A stretch of 64,000 nt of DNA from the human T2T-CHM13v2.0 reference genome, Homo sapiens. A program made the translations under genes and the position numbers. Below, piece after piece: positions 42,505 through 56,064 of this stretch; position 1 is the first letter of the stretch, and each line of letters starts with the position of its first letter. The stretch is taken from assembly GCF_009914755.1 (NCBI RefSeq), contig NC_060936.1. One strand, given 5' to 3'. The notes beneath the pieces were generated by a model. It saw nothing but the letters and a program-made list of their open reading frames with translations, was not told the DNA's origin and made no database searches.

Positions 42505-44691
42505 AATGGCTGCGGCAGGGGTTCAGGCCCACGGGGGAGTCCCTGTCCCACCTGCTGAGACGGAGGCCTGCGCCTGGAGGACGATGGGGACTCAGGCTGG
42601 ACCTGTGCCCTCCCTGAGCCAGACCCTGTAGAGGGGGATTCACTCATATGACCGTGTGACTGTTCAGTCAGCACCCCCAAACCACAGGGCTGAAAGCTGG
42701 GGAGGCTGTCCCTCGCAGGGAATTCAGGGGCTTTGTGAAAAGCAGGGCGTGGGTACCAGGCAGCTGACATTCTGTAATGTTACTTCAGCCACCGCGTATC
42801 TGTTCTGATGTGAAAGCAAAAGTGGCAAATATGTCAGCAGCGAATCTATGAGAGAATTAGTCTGTAATGAATTCCAAACACCATAAATTAACCTGACAAG
42901 AGGCTGCAGCCTCCTTGGGCTGTTCAGCTCCTGGAAACCTTCAAGGGTTGTGCCCCGTGCGAGAAGAGATGCTCGTGGGGTCAGAGATCACGTCATTTCC
43001 TCTTCCATTGCTGAGACCAGGATGGTCTCCTGGACCTCTCATGGCCTGGCTGGGGAGGGACCTGTCCCTTCCTCACCCCAGCCCTCAGCTCCCCAGGCCC
43101 TCACCTCAGCGTTCAGGGTCAGCCAGTCTGTTGCCAGCTTGTCTCCAGCAAAAGCTCACAATCCCCTGTCTGAGCCCCATGAGGCCACTACTTCCACTGT
43201 CACCAGAACACCCCTGTGCACCTGCCCCGCACCTGTGCACCGCCTTCCATCTCTACCCCACTGCGCCCCATCCTCCCATCAGTGCCCACCCAGGAAGCAG
43301 CTTCTGTCCACTGCCTTTGCTTCTCCATGGAAATGTCCTCCAAGCGACAGGCTGGCACTGTGTCTGCAGCTCTTGTGAAGGCTCGAGGTAGCGTGCCCCG
43401 GGAGAGCATGCCCAGGTCTTTGCAGGGCACAGCTGAAGGCATTGCCCATCCTTCCCACCTGAGTCTGCACCTGGCAGCCCAGGGATGCGTCCCTCCCGGG
43501 GAGGTGCAGGCAGGCATCTCTGGGGACAGACCGCTCTGGGTCCCTCTCCATTGTGCAACCCAGCACATTTCCCAATGCCTTCAGCTCCTCTCCTTTGGGC
43601 GGCCAGGTCTGCCCCTCAGGGATGCTTCCTCACAATCTTCTTAGTGTGGATTGTGTAACACTTGACTCCCAGGGCTGAGGAAGCACAGCCAGGGAGCAGG
43701 CGCCAGGCAGGAAGAGGCAGTCACTGCATCGTGAGGAAGCTTCCCCAGCACCTTGCTATTCTTCATCCTCTGGTTTTATTCTAGTGATTTTCTTAGTGCC
43801 AAGCAGCCCAGTACTCAGTGAATAACAAGATAAGATTCTTCCTCAGGGGCCCTCCACAGGGTTGGCTTTCACTTCCCTGCCACCCCCCTACCCCAAGAAA
43901 AGTGGAGAATAGAATAAGTGAGGTCTGAGCAGGGGGAGAAGCCTGGCTTTCACTTTTTAAAAAAGTCTCTGTTTATTGATTGTGATTCCAGACTCCTGAA
44001 AAAGAAGCAGAGAATGGTCAGGTTTTACAAGTGGGACCCTGGGGGCGGGGGCGTGAGGGTGAGACCCCCACAGAAGTGCACCCACGAGCAGGTGGGCTGT
44101 GGGGGCTGGAGACTCAGGGCCTGAGCCCCCTAGGCCAGGGCCAACCTTGGGGGAGCAGAAGGGGGTCATAGATCAGAGAGGAAAGCACACCCCCTGCCTA
44201 GAGCCTCCTTCAGATCCAGGGACCCCTCTTCTTCTGCTTTTGACCAGGGACACTGACAGCTCTGGCCGTGTTGAGAGTCCGCAGAGCTTCAGCTCAGCGT
44301 CTTCCCCCAAGATCTTCTTCTATTGTTCATTTTAAGAAAAGTCAAACCATCACTTTAAAAGTAGCACATTTTGGTACTTATTTCTCAGTGATTGATCCTT
44401 TCAGATACGGTTTCCCGGGACCTAAAGATTGTAGCTGAATAATGCATGATATTGTTGTTTCCCAGAAACAGGTGTTTTATTTTTATTGCATTAGCATTAT
44501 GAGAACAAGCTGGCTGCGGCTTCTCTGAGAGCTGAAGTGCTGGAACACTTCTGGGTTTTACAGGCACCGGTTGCCCGGAGCTGTCAGTGCCAGGCTCTTG
44601 GTCTCTTGACAAGGAAGCTCATTATGGCTGCATCTCACCTCCTCCGGGGAGGTGCCAGATCTGTGTGCAGCACTGCTGCATGGCCGTCCAC

Positions 44692-44850
44692 TTGTTCATC
44701 ATTCATTCATTCATTCATTCATTCAATGTTTATTTCCTGAGAGCCTCTGAGTCCTGGTGCTGGGATGCACTTTGGGGTTACAGAGACAAAAAGACCAAGC
44801 TCCAGCCTTTAAGGAACCCACAGTCTATGAGGGAGACAATCTCAGTCACT
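44692..44850. repeat. (TTCA)n microsatellite, probably the tail of an L2 fragment
   Basis: ttcattcattcattcattcattcaatgtttatttcctgagagcct... Confidence 0.65.
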
Positions 44851-45938
44851 GGCCTGAGTGATGAGGGGTAAACCGAGGCATGTGACAGTGGCTGACCTGG
44901 GCAGCAGGAACTCCGCTAGTCTCTAGACTTTTCTCTAAAGCTCAAAGGCAGAAGGTCCCTGCTGTGGAAAGCCCAGCTGTTTCAGAAGTCAGGATGGACT
45001 GGGCTTGAGGTAGTTGGCCATGATTGACACAGCACATCAGGAATGGCTTTGAGGCAGGCAGCTGGTGTGCCCAGTCAGAGCAGGTGCTAACTGGCCCAGG
45101 TGGGGACGTCTGCATACCCTCTGGTTCTGCCCCTGATGAAACCCTGTATCACCTTAGCCATTACCAGGGGCTGTGGGGCCTCAGTTTCCTTATTATACAA
45201 TGGGGTCAATATATAACCTGCCTCTCCTGTGTCAAGAGGGCCCATGGGCTCTAGGGAGATAAAAACGCATGCTGATGGGGCTGGTGTGTTCGGCGATGGG
45301 GCTCTGTCAGTTCACAGTGCAGTTCAGCAAGCCCTTGTTTAGCACGTCCTTTGAGCATGAGCAGGGCCATGAAGATGACCACTTGGCCCTGCCCTCTGAG
45401 AACTCACCGTCAGTGTCACAGGAGGGCTCGGGTGATCAGCGGGGGACACGCGGGCTGCAGCCCAGTGAGGCCTGGAGAAATCTTCCTGGCCATGGCCTCA
45501 TTTCAGGCCCAGGCCTCATTGCACCCTTCCAAGCGTCTCACAGGAGGCCTGGGTTCTGGACGCTGCGGGGGACGCTCTGCTGCTTCAGTCCCCCGAATCT
45601 CTCCCCTCCGTCCTGGCTCCTCATCTTTGCAAACAGCTCAAATGCAAGCCCTGGGCCTGGACAGATTCTCCCTATGGCCTAGGTGAGCCCTGGGTGCTAC
45701 CTGAACTTTTCCAGAGCTCTCTCCCACCCACCAGCTGTAAGGGGATGGAGGTGTGGAAACACCGAGGCTCCTCCCAGGTAAATGCCTCAACCAGGGCTAC
45801 CTGCAGGGAGGACCCCAGGTCTTGCTCCCGGCAGGGCGGTGCCTGCACCCATCTGGAAGCCTGGCGTCTCGAGGGCAGTCCTCACAGCCTGCACCTGCCC
45901 TCCTGCCACTCAGGGTGACTGTCACTGTTTCTCTTCAG

Positions 45939-46065
45939 GTTGACGGCCAAGGCAGTGGCCGTGCTGCTGCCCATCCTGGGTACCTCGTGGGTCTTTGGCG
46001 TGCTTGCTGTCAACGGTTGTGCTGTGGTTTTCCAGTACATGTTTGCCACGCTCAACTCCCTGCAG
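45939..46065 (+). CDS. ADGRD1: ADGRD1 coding exon G (TM6, ECL3, TM7 start): (K)[42 protein letters not shown]
   Basis: Acceptor tttctcttcag|G, donor CAG|gtgaga; 127 nt, phase 2 to 0; LPxLGxxW motif. Confidence 0.95.
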
Positions 46066-46874
46066 GTGAGAGCCGCGGGGACTGGCGGGGAGGCGGGGCC
46101 GCCAGCCATCAGGAGCAGGCTTGCAGGGAGCTAGGGCTGCAGGGGCAGGAGGGAGGCCTGCCCTCCCGGCCACACCTTAGGAGCCTGTAATGCGGGGCAT
46201 CCCCGAAGCCTGAGGACTCTCAGAAAGTGGGGCCTGCAGGATCCTGACCCCTTCAGGGCGGGGCTGCCTATGCTTCTGGCCAGCATCTGTAGTTGGCATG
46301 TCCTGGCTGGGAATGGAGGACAGTAAGACAGTCTGCCTGTGGCAGCTCTGGAAAGAAAGGCAGAGAGGTGGCCAGGGCGGTCCCCCAGGTGCTGCCCTCT
46401 GTGTGAAGGGCCAGGGAGGGTCATCTGGGAACCAAAGACTTGGGATGCGCAGGGTCAGGGCCCTCAGACCCACAGGCCCCCAAGGAAGGGCAGGCATGGG
46501 TCCCCATCGCCATCCATGGCCCTCCCAGCCCTCCCTGGGCTACTCAAGTTGCGTCTGTGTCTGCAGGCCAGTGGCACGTCTTCCGGAAGTGCCTGCCCTT
46601 CCCCACGCTGAGCCTGCCTGGGAACCCACCTGCTGCCGCACCTTTGCCCACGCAGCACCCCCTCTCTGAACTCGGTCCGAGCAGCTGCCTGATTCTAGGT
46701 TGGATCATGGTGGGACCCAGGACGCCTCTCCGTCCTCACGGGCCCCAGGTCATGGGACCTGGTGTCACAGTGTGCGGTGCCAGTGCCACTCCCAGGCTGC
46801 ATGGGAGGAACCTCCAGTGTTCCTAACTACGTGCAAAGGGCTCTAATCTCTGCGTTTCTTCCCTTTCTTCCCAG

Positions 46875-46916
46875 GGACTGTTCATATTCCTCTTTCATTG
46901 TCTCCTGAATTCAGAG
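46875..46916 (+). CDS. ADGRD1: ADGRD1 coding exon H (TM7 end): GLFIFLFHCLLNSE
   Basis: Acceptor ctttcttcccag|GGA, donor GAG|gtacgt; 42 nt, phase 0 to 0. Confidence 0.94.
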
Positions 46917-48038
46917 GTACGTCCGCTCTGCTTGCTGGCAGGTGCAGGTGCAGCTGGCTTTTCCTTTCCGAAAGGTCACAGGAGCAGGAACAGCGCTGCC
47001 CTGTCAGGGTGGTGTCTGGGACTCAAATCCTGAGCCAGCCACGTTCCTGATGCCAAGTTGTGTGCCCTGGGGCCTGCTGCTGAGCAGCTCTTCTCTCCCC
47101 GCCTAGTTGCTAAGCGATGTGCAAGCATCCTCTCTCCCTGGAGAAGTGGCGACTGCATCTTAGGGAGAGTGAGATGTAGGCGTGCTCCCCACAGTCCTCC
47201 TCGAGGGCCTTGGGGAAGCTGGCCTGGCTGTGAGAAGGAGGACTTCTGTCCACGGGAGCTGGGAAGAGGAGTTTTGTGATGTGGCCTCCTTGGACTCTGG
47301 GGCAGCCAGCGCAGGCTTATTCTTTCGGTGCTGCTCTGGGCCTGGCACCTGCCGTGTACTTGGCTGGGGGGAGGTAGGGGCTGCCCCAAGGACTTCTGTT
47401 CCTGTGGGAGAACTTTTCCCAAGTCAGCTTTGAGCCCCTACCAGGCTGAGGTTGTGGGAGCTGCCTTGGGATGGGGAATGGGCCCAGGGCAGAGGGGCCG
47501 TCCTGCCCGGTCCATCTCAGTGGCGGTGTCCGTTTGCAAGGACAGGCCAGGTGGGCCAAGGAGGGCAGAGCAGAGTCGCTGAGCAGGATGGTGGCCGGGC
47601 AGAAGGGCTGCATGATCACAAAGCCCAGTGACCCCTTGATCGCAACGCCCAGTGACCCCTTGCAAGGCCTGAGGTGGATCCCGGTGGCAGGAAGGCAGTG
47701 CAGCCATGGAAGCCCGCCCGCCCACCCGCCTGCCTGCCCACCACGCATTTGTTTATTTGCTTCTCTCTCACACTCACCCCGGGACATTCATTGCTGAGTG
47801 TGAGGAGCCCAGCAGAGGCCACTCCACACCCAGCTTCCCTGGCCTGCGATACAACCTGGCTCCGCCCCACAGAGCAGCGATGCACAGCTCAGCTGTGGAG
47901 CCAGCAGCTCCGACTCATATTTCCAAATCCCAACCTCCCTCGCACATCTGGTTCCGGAGTTGCACCGGCACAGACTCCTCTGGTTACGGCTGTTGCAGCC
48001 TCTGAAATTGCTCTCACGATCCCTTCCCCGCTTTCAAG

Positions 48039-48131
48039 GTGAGAGCCGCCTTCAAGCACAAAACCAAGGTCTGGTCGCTCACGAGCAGCTCCGCCCGCAC
48101 CTCCAACGCGAAGCCCTTCCACTCGGACCTC
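48039..48131 (+). CDS. ADGRD1: ADGRD1 coding exon I (helix 8 + proximal tail): [31 protein letters not shown]
   Basis: Acceptor ccccgctttcaag|GTG, donor CTC|gtgagt; 93 nt, phase 0 to 0. Confidence 0.93.
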
Positions 48132-48805
48132 GTGAGTGCAGCCTCCATAAACCGAGGGTCCCAGCCCATCCTCCTTCCCCAGGCTCGGTCGTCAGCAGGA
48201 TGGGGTGTGCAGGCAGCAGAGGTGGCTTCGGGTGCCCAGCAGTCTTTGTCCCCCTCTCATGCCTGCAGGCTGCACGTGCTCTGGGCTTGTGTCCCCCACA
48301 CAGTGCCCTGTGTCCTGATGAAGTCACCACAGCCCTACCCCTTGACCCCGAAGAGTCAGGGCTTCTTGTGTTCACTTAGGGATGGAAGGACTTAGAGATC
48401 AACTGACCGTGAGGTGGCCCATCCCCGCCGCCCTCCAGAGCCCAGGCAGGCCCCCAGGCAGTCTGGAGCAGGCCCTGTTAGGGTTCTCACTGTGCCGCTG
48501 CTTCCCCCCTGCTGGAGCCCTGCTCAGGTGTCCCATCCTCAGGAAGTCCTTCCCCGCACACGGTGCTCAATGAAGGCGCTCCCACCCATTCTCGCACTCC
48601 GCCCCCGCCCGCAGCTGTGTGATTTTCCATTTGCTTAGGGACCACGTCTGCCCTGCTCCATGGGAGCTGGCTGGCTCATGGGCTGCTCTAGCCCCACGGC
48701 TACAGCTGCGCCGGGTGTGTGGCACGCTCCATGAGTCACCGTGGAATGAACGCAGCGTGGACAGATGCATGGGGGTGAAAGCGTGGGTGCCGGGCAGATG
48801 GGTGA

Positions 48806-49165
<360 letters not shown>

Positions 49166-51370
49166 GCCGGGAGGCTGCCAACCAGGCCAGGCTGCGCTCA
49201 GAACACACCCCCCCAAACAGAATGAAATGCCCCACCTTTGCCCATGGACCCTCTCCTTGCTGCTGTCTGGACATGGGTGTTGTGGCCCCGAGACAGCTGT
49301 CCTCCCCTGTGACTCTGGCTGTCGGAGCACACTGCTCAGCCCAGCAGCCTGATGCCCAGGCCAGCGTGGGCCCTCCTGCCTTGCATCCACCCGTGGGCTG
49401 AGTGACTTCCTCGGGGGATTCCCAGGACACAGTGGCCTGACTGTGATGGTGCCCTTGAGCCTCCCTTCATCACTCAGCATCAGACCCAGCGAGGCCAGGA
49501 CACTCGGGGCCGGTCCCGCAGCACCAGGAGGGGATGTTCAGCCTCTGTGCCTTGGTGGGGCTTGGGGACTCAGGGCCAAAGAGGTGGTTCAGGTCCCCAC
49601 GCACCCTCAGTCAGGCGCAGGCAGCTGGGGGTGTGTGGGGAAGAGCATGCGGAGTCCCCAGTGTCTGAATCCACTGAGTGGTGAGTTCCCCACAGCCGGC
49701 GCTAGCCGTGGTGTGTGTCTCTGTAGGTGGTGCCGGCGTGGGCCAACCTGTGCTGTGTCATCAGTTGGGGGCCCCTGCCCAAGCCGAGCTCGAGCCGTGG
49801 GCGGGAGTCGTTGACTCTCCAGGTGAGGGCGACCCCTCTGCCCTGTCCTTGCGGGGGTCCCCTCTGCTCACGTGAAGAGCCGCTCTGGGCCTTGAGGCTG
49901 CCTGATGGTGCCTGTGCTTGGGGGAGCTTCTCGGCCATCCGCTGTGAGTTTTGCCTCTTTGGACCCCAATTCGGCCTTAAGATGCCCTCCTCCCTCGTGT
50001 GCCAGCCTCCTTGGTTGTTCTTGGGCCACAGGAGCTGGCCGTGTCCCCGCAGTGCCTGGTGTCCAGGTGGAAAGTGGAGGGCATTTTCCAGGGCACTGCT
50101 TTCCCCAGAGGCTTCCTCATGGCTCACAGGCACTCTACGAAGTTTCTAATGGGCAGACCACGCGGCAGGTAGCACAGTGCGCTCCGTCTGGTCACCATGA
50201 GACCGACCTGCGCTGAGTCCCCACTGACCTGGAGAGGGAGGGCTGGTGACAGCCGTGTCTTCTGTGTTGAGGGAAATTTATGGACTCAGACTCAGCCCCA
50301 GAGGAGATGGGATAATTGTTATGGACCCATGTGTGGGCATGATCCTGTGGAACACAGGTTTGGGATCATAGATGTGAATTAAGACACCACCGAGATACGG
50401 GCTGTGAGGTTCATACTGTGCTGATAGCACTCGTGGTGTCTGTGAAATGTGGGTAAGACATTCAAACCTGGTTTTGATACTGGAAACTCTTCCTTTAAAA
50501 CTGTGACCATGATTTCATTCAGCCCCTCCACACCCCTATGTCTGCCTTGTTTCAGAGTGAGTTTTCTATGGAGCCTGTGGCCCTTTTGCAGCCCACCTGG
50601 TGGCTTCTTAATGTAACTCTTCCCCTGGTCGCCTGGAGTGGACCACTCATCTGCAGGCCTCTCCTGCATGGGGAGGGTAGGCAGGGAGCAGCATGTCTGC
50701 AGGGGTGAACCTTTGCTCTTCTGTCAGGCGAGGCCCAGGCTGCACCAGCCACCTGCCACATGGTGACAGTGCCACGGGCCCTGCGTATGGCCCCTGCAAC
50801 CGTGCTCTGGCGGGCACACCTGGCTGCTGCAGGCCAAGGCCGCTGTTCAGTGAAGAGTCCCATGTTTAGTATGGACTAAAGTCCCATGTTTAGCCACTGC
50901 CCCAGGCTCCCGTGACCCCAGAAACCAGGTCACATGGACCACAGTGCCAGATCCTCATCACGCCGGTGAGCACCTAGAAGTGAGAACACTGTATTCCTAC
51001 AATGTACACTTGGATATTTCTCCTTATTTAGTTTCTAGTGAAACAAATCAAGTAAGGAACTATCTTTAGTTTAGATGGAATTATTTGTTTTTAATTGTTG
51101 CCGTATTCATCTATATAGCTAATATTTCAAGATAAGTAATGAACAAAACCTGTCTAAACCTTTTGTTTCCAATGAATGAAAGTCATGCACTTTATTTATA
51201 GGCTCTATGTTTTGGCTTCTGCAGTACTTTTATTATCTATACATAATTTGGCCAAAAATAAGAAATTGGAAAGAATGAAATGTTTAGTTTATAGTAGAAG
51301 AAAGATGATGACACTAAGTTGTGAAAATATGTTGTGATTTTTATGAAATAAACTCATGTCCTGAAAAGAA
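49166..51370 (+). other. ADGRD1: ADGRD1 3'UTR, GC-rich proximal part and AU-rich distal ~400 nt; end position approximate
   Basis: Runs from the stop codon to the first canonical AATAAA; I recognised no interspersed repeat in it. Confidence 0.8.
51347..51352 (+). terminator. Polyadenylation signal AATAAA
   Basis: ttatgaAATAAActcatgtcctg, with U-rich upstream sequence and GU-containing downstream sequence (gtgtgctcc...tctgttgctggtgg). Confidence 0.85.
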
Positions 51371-51818
51371 AGTGTGCTCCTTAAAATCTGTTGCTGGTGG
51401 AATGTGAACAGGACCGTGAGTCTCTTAACGCATCAGTGAAATCCCAGGCTGGGATCTACTCAGTAGACATTCACTCAGCACCTGCTGTGAGCCCCACACA
51501 TTCTTGCTCTGGGGATGCCCCGGGAGCCTGTGTCCCAGGGATGGGGTATGAACACAAACCGGGGGCAAGCAGCATGCCTGGGGAGGAAGCGTGGGAAGGA
51601 GGCCTGGAGGGACGTGCACAGGCCTTTGTCTGCCCAGGGTAATTTACTGCAAAATACACGGCCGCTGCTTCAAAGGAGGCGGAGTTCAGCCACATGCCAC
51701 ACCCCCAGATATACTCATTCATTCCTTACCCATGCTGCTTTTCCACTCTTTACAGAATTTACAGGGATGTAATTTACATGGTCCTACATTGTCTCTGCTG
51801 TGCAGCCGTCTGCTTTTA

Positions 51819-52116
51819 TTTATTTATTTTTTTTTGAGGCAGAGTCTCTCTGTCGCCCAGCCTGGAGTGCAGTGGTGCCATCTTGGTTCACTGAAACCTC
51901 CGCCTCCCAGGATCAAGCCATTCCCCTGCCTCAACATCCCAAGTAACTGGGACTACAGGCACACACCACCATAACCGGCTAATTTTTGTATTTTTAGTAG
52001 AGATGGGGTTTCACCATGTTGGCGTGGCTGGTCTTGAACTCCTGACCCCAGGTAATCTGCCTGCCTCGGCCTCCCAAAGTGCTGGGATTACAGGTGTGAG
52101 CCACTGCACCAGGCCC
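51819..52116 (-). mobile_element. AluS
   Basis: Full antisense Alu; TSD CCGTCTGCTTTTA at 51806 and 52118. Confidence 0.94.
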
Positions 52117-53749
52117 ACCGTCTGCTTTTAAACTTAATGTGCACTCATAAACCACTTTCCATATTACTCTATTGTTCATAATTATGATTGTAATATAAAG
52201 TGTTCTGTTACATATTATATTTTACCAAAAATCTTGCACTGTTTTATAACTGGATTGTTTCTATGCTTCTGTGTCATACATTAACATTTACATATTTATC
52301 GTATATATATTTTTATTTATGTAACATTTCAATATTTTTTATATCCATAATATATAATAGAGGAATAGATATAATGTCTTTGTGCTTATGACTTTTTTCC
52401 TTATTTTTTATTTTGATTATTTTTTAGGTTAAAAATCTGAAAAAAAATGGGTATGCGTCAAAAAGTAAAGAATTCCATGACTCTTGAAACATTCTGCCAA
52501 ATTCTTTACCAAAAGAGTTATCGGGTCAGTTTTCACTGCTGGTGATAACTTATTAATATTCTCAGTGAGAACTTATTGATACTCTCATTTCTCAAAACTT
52601 TTACAGGAAAGGTGAGCAGTGTTCTCATCACCAGCTTAGTATGTGTGAAATTTATCATTTGTATTTTCTTGATTACTACTGAGTTTGAACAGTGTTTCAT
52701 ATGTCTTTACATTTTCTTAGGAAGGTGGCTACAATTCTGAATATATAGGGGAGATGTTTCATTTGTTTACAGTATCACTCATTGCCCTGCAGCCATCCCC
52801 ATTGCGCTATCCTGTGGTGACCACCGGAGCCGCACACATGGTGACAGGAGCCAGCAGCTGTGGCCGTCCTGGGTGCTTGGAGAAATGCCTCAGCCGGTGC
52901 CACCCATCCAGGGTGGTGCAGGGCCCTCCCTCTCCCACAAGCCACTGGACGCCCAGCCTTGGCCAGGCCTCTCCCTTTAGCCTCCGGGGATGAGGGGACG
53001 AGTCAGGTTGGTGGAGCTGCAAGCATGAGGCAGAGGGGCCACTCTGGAAGGCAGGGCGTCCCAAGTGCCCTCCTGCATCCCGGCCCCTCCTCCACAGCGA
53101 GCTGCTCCTGCCGCCCTCTGACTTCCTTCAGAGGCATCAGCAATTACAGTCCACAAATGGGAGTCATTATTTTCGTGCTCCAACAGGCCTTTAAAAATAT
53201 TTTTTTCAGCTAAATTCAGGGAGTTTGGATGTGAGCAAAGAAGATGTGGGCAGTCTGCACCGTTGTCTGATTCCCTGCTTGCTTCTAAATGGCATTTGGT
53301 TCCTCTTTGCCCAGCGTCTATTTTTAGCCTTTCTGCCAGTTTGCGCTAGGATGATTCTTTCTAAAGAGCGTAGTCGTGGCTGTGCTTTCGGAGCCAGTCT
53401 GAGGATCTCTGCATTTAACTGGGGAGTTGACATCTTGATATTTATGTGATCTATTTGTAACATTTTGCATCCGTCATTTTATTCATGCTTCCTGGGTTTT
53501 TTTGTGGTGGGGGGTTGTGGTAGAGGGGTTGTGGGGAGTGTTGTTCTGTTATTTCTTTTTTGTTTTGCTTTTTGGTGTCTGTGTTGCAATCTTTCAATCT
53601 TTTACAATAATTTGCTTCAGCGCTATCTTGCCTTTTCCCTGACTACATCTGCACTAATGCCATAATACAGGCCCATAAAGCTTAGTGTTTAGTGTGCACT
53701 TACTGTTGGCAACTTTGTTTCTGTTTGGTATTTAAAGAAAGGATTTTCA

Positions 53750-54040
53750 GGCCAGGCATAGTGGCTCCTGCCTGTAATCCCAGCACTTTGGGAGATCAAG
53801 GCAGGCAGATCACTTGAACTCAGGAGTTTGACACCAGCCTGGGCAATATGGCAAAACCCCGTCTCTACTAAAAATACAAAAATTAGCCGGGTGTGGTGGT
53901 GTGCACCTGTAGTCCCAGCTACTTGTGGGGCTGAGGCCGGAGAGTCGCTCGAGCCTGGAAAGTTGAGGCTGCAGTGAGCCATGTTCCTACCACTGTGCCT
54001 GGGTGACAGAGCAAAACCCTGTCTCAAAAAATAAAAAATA
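53750..54040 (+). mobile_element. AluJ
   Basis: ggccaggcatagtggctc...gagcctggaaagttgaggctgcagtgagccatg...; TSD AAAGGATTTTCA. Confidence 0.93.
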
Positions 54041-54139
54041 AAAGGATTTTCATGTTAGTGTTTTTACTCTTAAAAGTTGTACACATTCATGCTATTTTAA
54101 TCTTATTTATAAATTAAGCAAATTTAAATTGTTAATCTA

Positions 54140-55230
54140 CTTTTTAAAAATTAATAGGCTTTATTTTTAGAGCACTTTTAAGTCTATAGAACAACTAAGC
54201 TCCCTCATACCTCCTTTTCCCCATCCCTCTCCTGCAGTTTCCCCGATTATCAATGTCTTGCATCAGTGCGGTGCATCTGTCACAATTGGCGAATGAATGT
54301 TGATGCGTTGTTGTTAACAAAAGTCCATAGTTTACACCAGGTCTCACTCTGTGTTGTACTGTTCTATGGGTTTTGACAAAAGTATTGACTTACAGCATCA
54401 CGTAGCTTCACTGCCCTAAAACACCCTCTGGGCTTCACCTGTTCATCTCTCTCTCCCCAACTAAGCCTGACAACCACTATTTTTTTTTCTTTTTTTTTCT
54501 TACTGTTTCTATAGCTTTGCCTATCCCAGAATGTCATATAGTTGGAATCATACAGTACGTATGTTTTTCAGATGGGGTTCTTTTGCATAGCAATATGCAT
54601 TTAAGGTTCCTGCATATCTTTTTATGGCTTGACAGATCATTTCTTTTTATTGCTGTATAATATTCCATTGTGTGGAGGTGCCACACTTTATCCATTCACC
54701 TATGAAGGACAGCTTAGTTGCTTCCACATTTTGGCAGTGATGAGTAAAGCTAATATAAGCATTTGCGTGCAGGTTTTTGTGTGGAAATAAGTTTTCATCC
54801 CATTTGGATAAATACTAAGGAGCATGATTGCTGGATTGTATGGTAAGAAAATGTTTAGTTTTATAAGAGACTGCCAAGTAGCCGCACCATTTTGCATTCC
54901 TGCCAGCAATGAATGAGAGTTTCTGTGTTCCACATCCTCACCAGCATTTTGGGTTGTCAGTGTGTCGAATGTTAGCCATACTAATATGTGTGTAGTGACA
55001 TCTGATTGTTTGAATTCTCAGTTCCCTAATGGCATATGATATTGAGCACTACTCCCCAAGTTTTGGGTATTTGTTCTAATCCAGTCAGTATCTGAATTGG
55101 CCATTTCTCCTTGCAGTTCATCAGTTTGCCTCATGTATTGGGGTGTTGTGTTGTTTGGTGCATACACAGTGAGGACTGTTATGTCTTCTTGAAGAACTGA
55201 TTGCTTTATCATCTAATGCCTCTCCTTATC
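54140..55230 (-). mobile_element. L1MC/MD-type 3' end fragments
   Basis: ccagaatgtcatatagttggaatcatacagta...ccattttgcattcctgccagcaatgaatgagagtt...; ORF 54700..54933(-) resembles the L1 ORF2 C-terminus (LPYNPAIMLLSIYP...KTCTQM). Confidence 0.8.
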
Positions 55231-55639
55231 TCTGCACCCTCTTTGTTCACTGGTTCTCTGGTGATTCTGAAATTTGTTCTGAAGTACTTTGCTGAGTGAA
55301 CACTTGCCATGTGAACATTTTAAGTTTATTAAAAAAGAGAGTATCTTTTGTTTTTTTTTCTTTGTAAATCAAGATACACAATTCTGATGTCACATCCTTT
55401 TCCCCAGAAACATCTGTAGGTATGATTGTTTAATGAAGAGAAATTCAGAAGTTAATAATATAATTTTATGTGAAAGTCAACTTACCCTCGTCTGATCTCT
55501 TTGGAAAATTTCAAGATGCTTTCCCTTAGTTTAATTTTTAACCAGATTATGTATTGATATTGTTTTCATTCTCAGTTTTTAGTAGAATATAGACATGCCA
55601 CTCTTTCGAATCCCAGGCCTTTTGTGCTATCCCTTCTGA

Positions 55640-56064
<425 letters not shown>

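Noticed and set aside
51256-51262. AATAAG as an alternative poly(A) signal
   Set aside because: Weak variant in an A-rich run ~90 nt upstream of the canonical AATAAA; no independent support.
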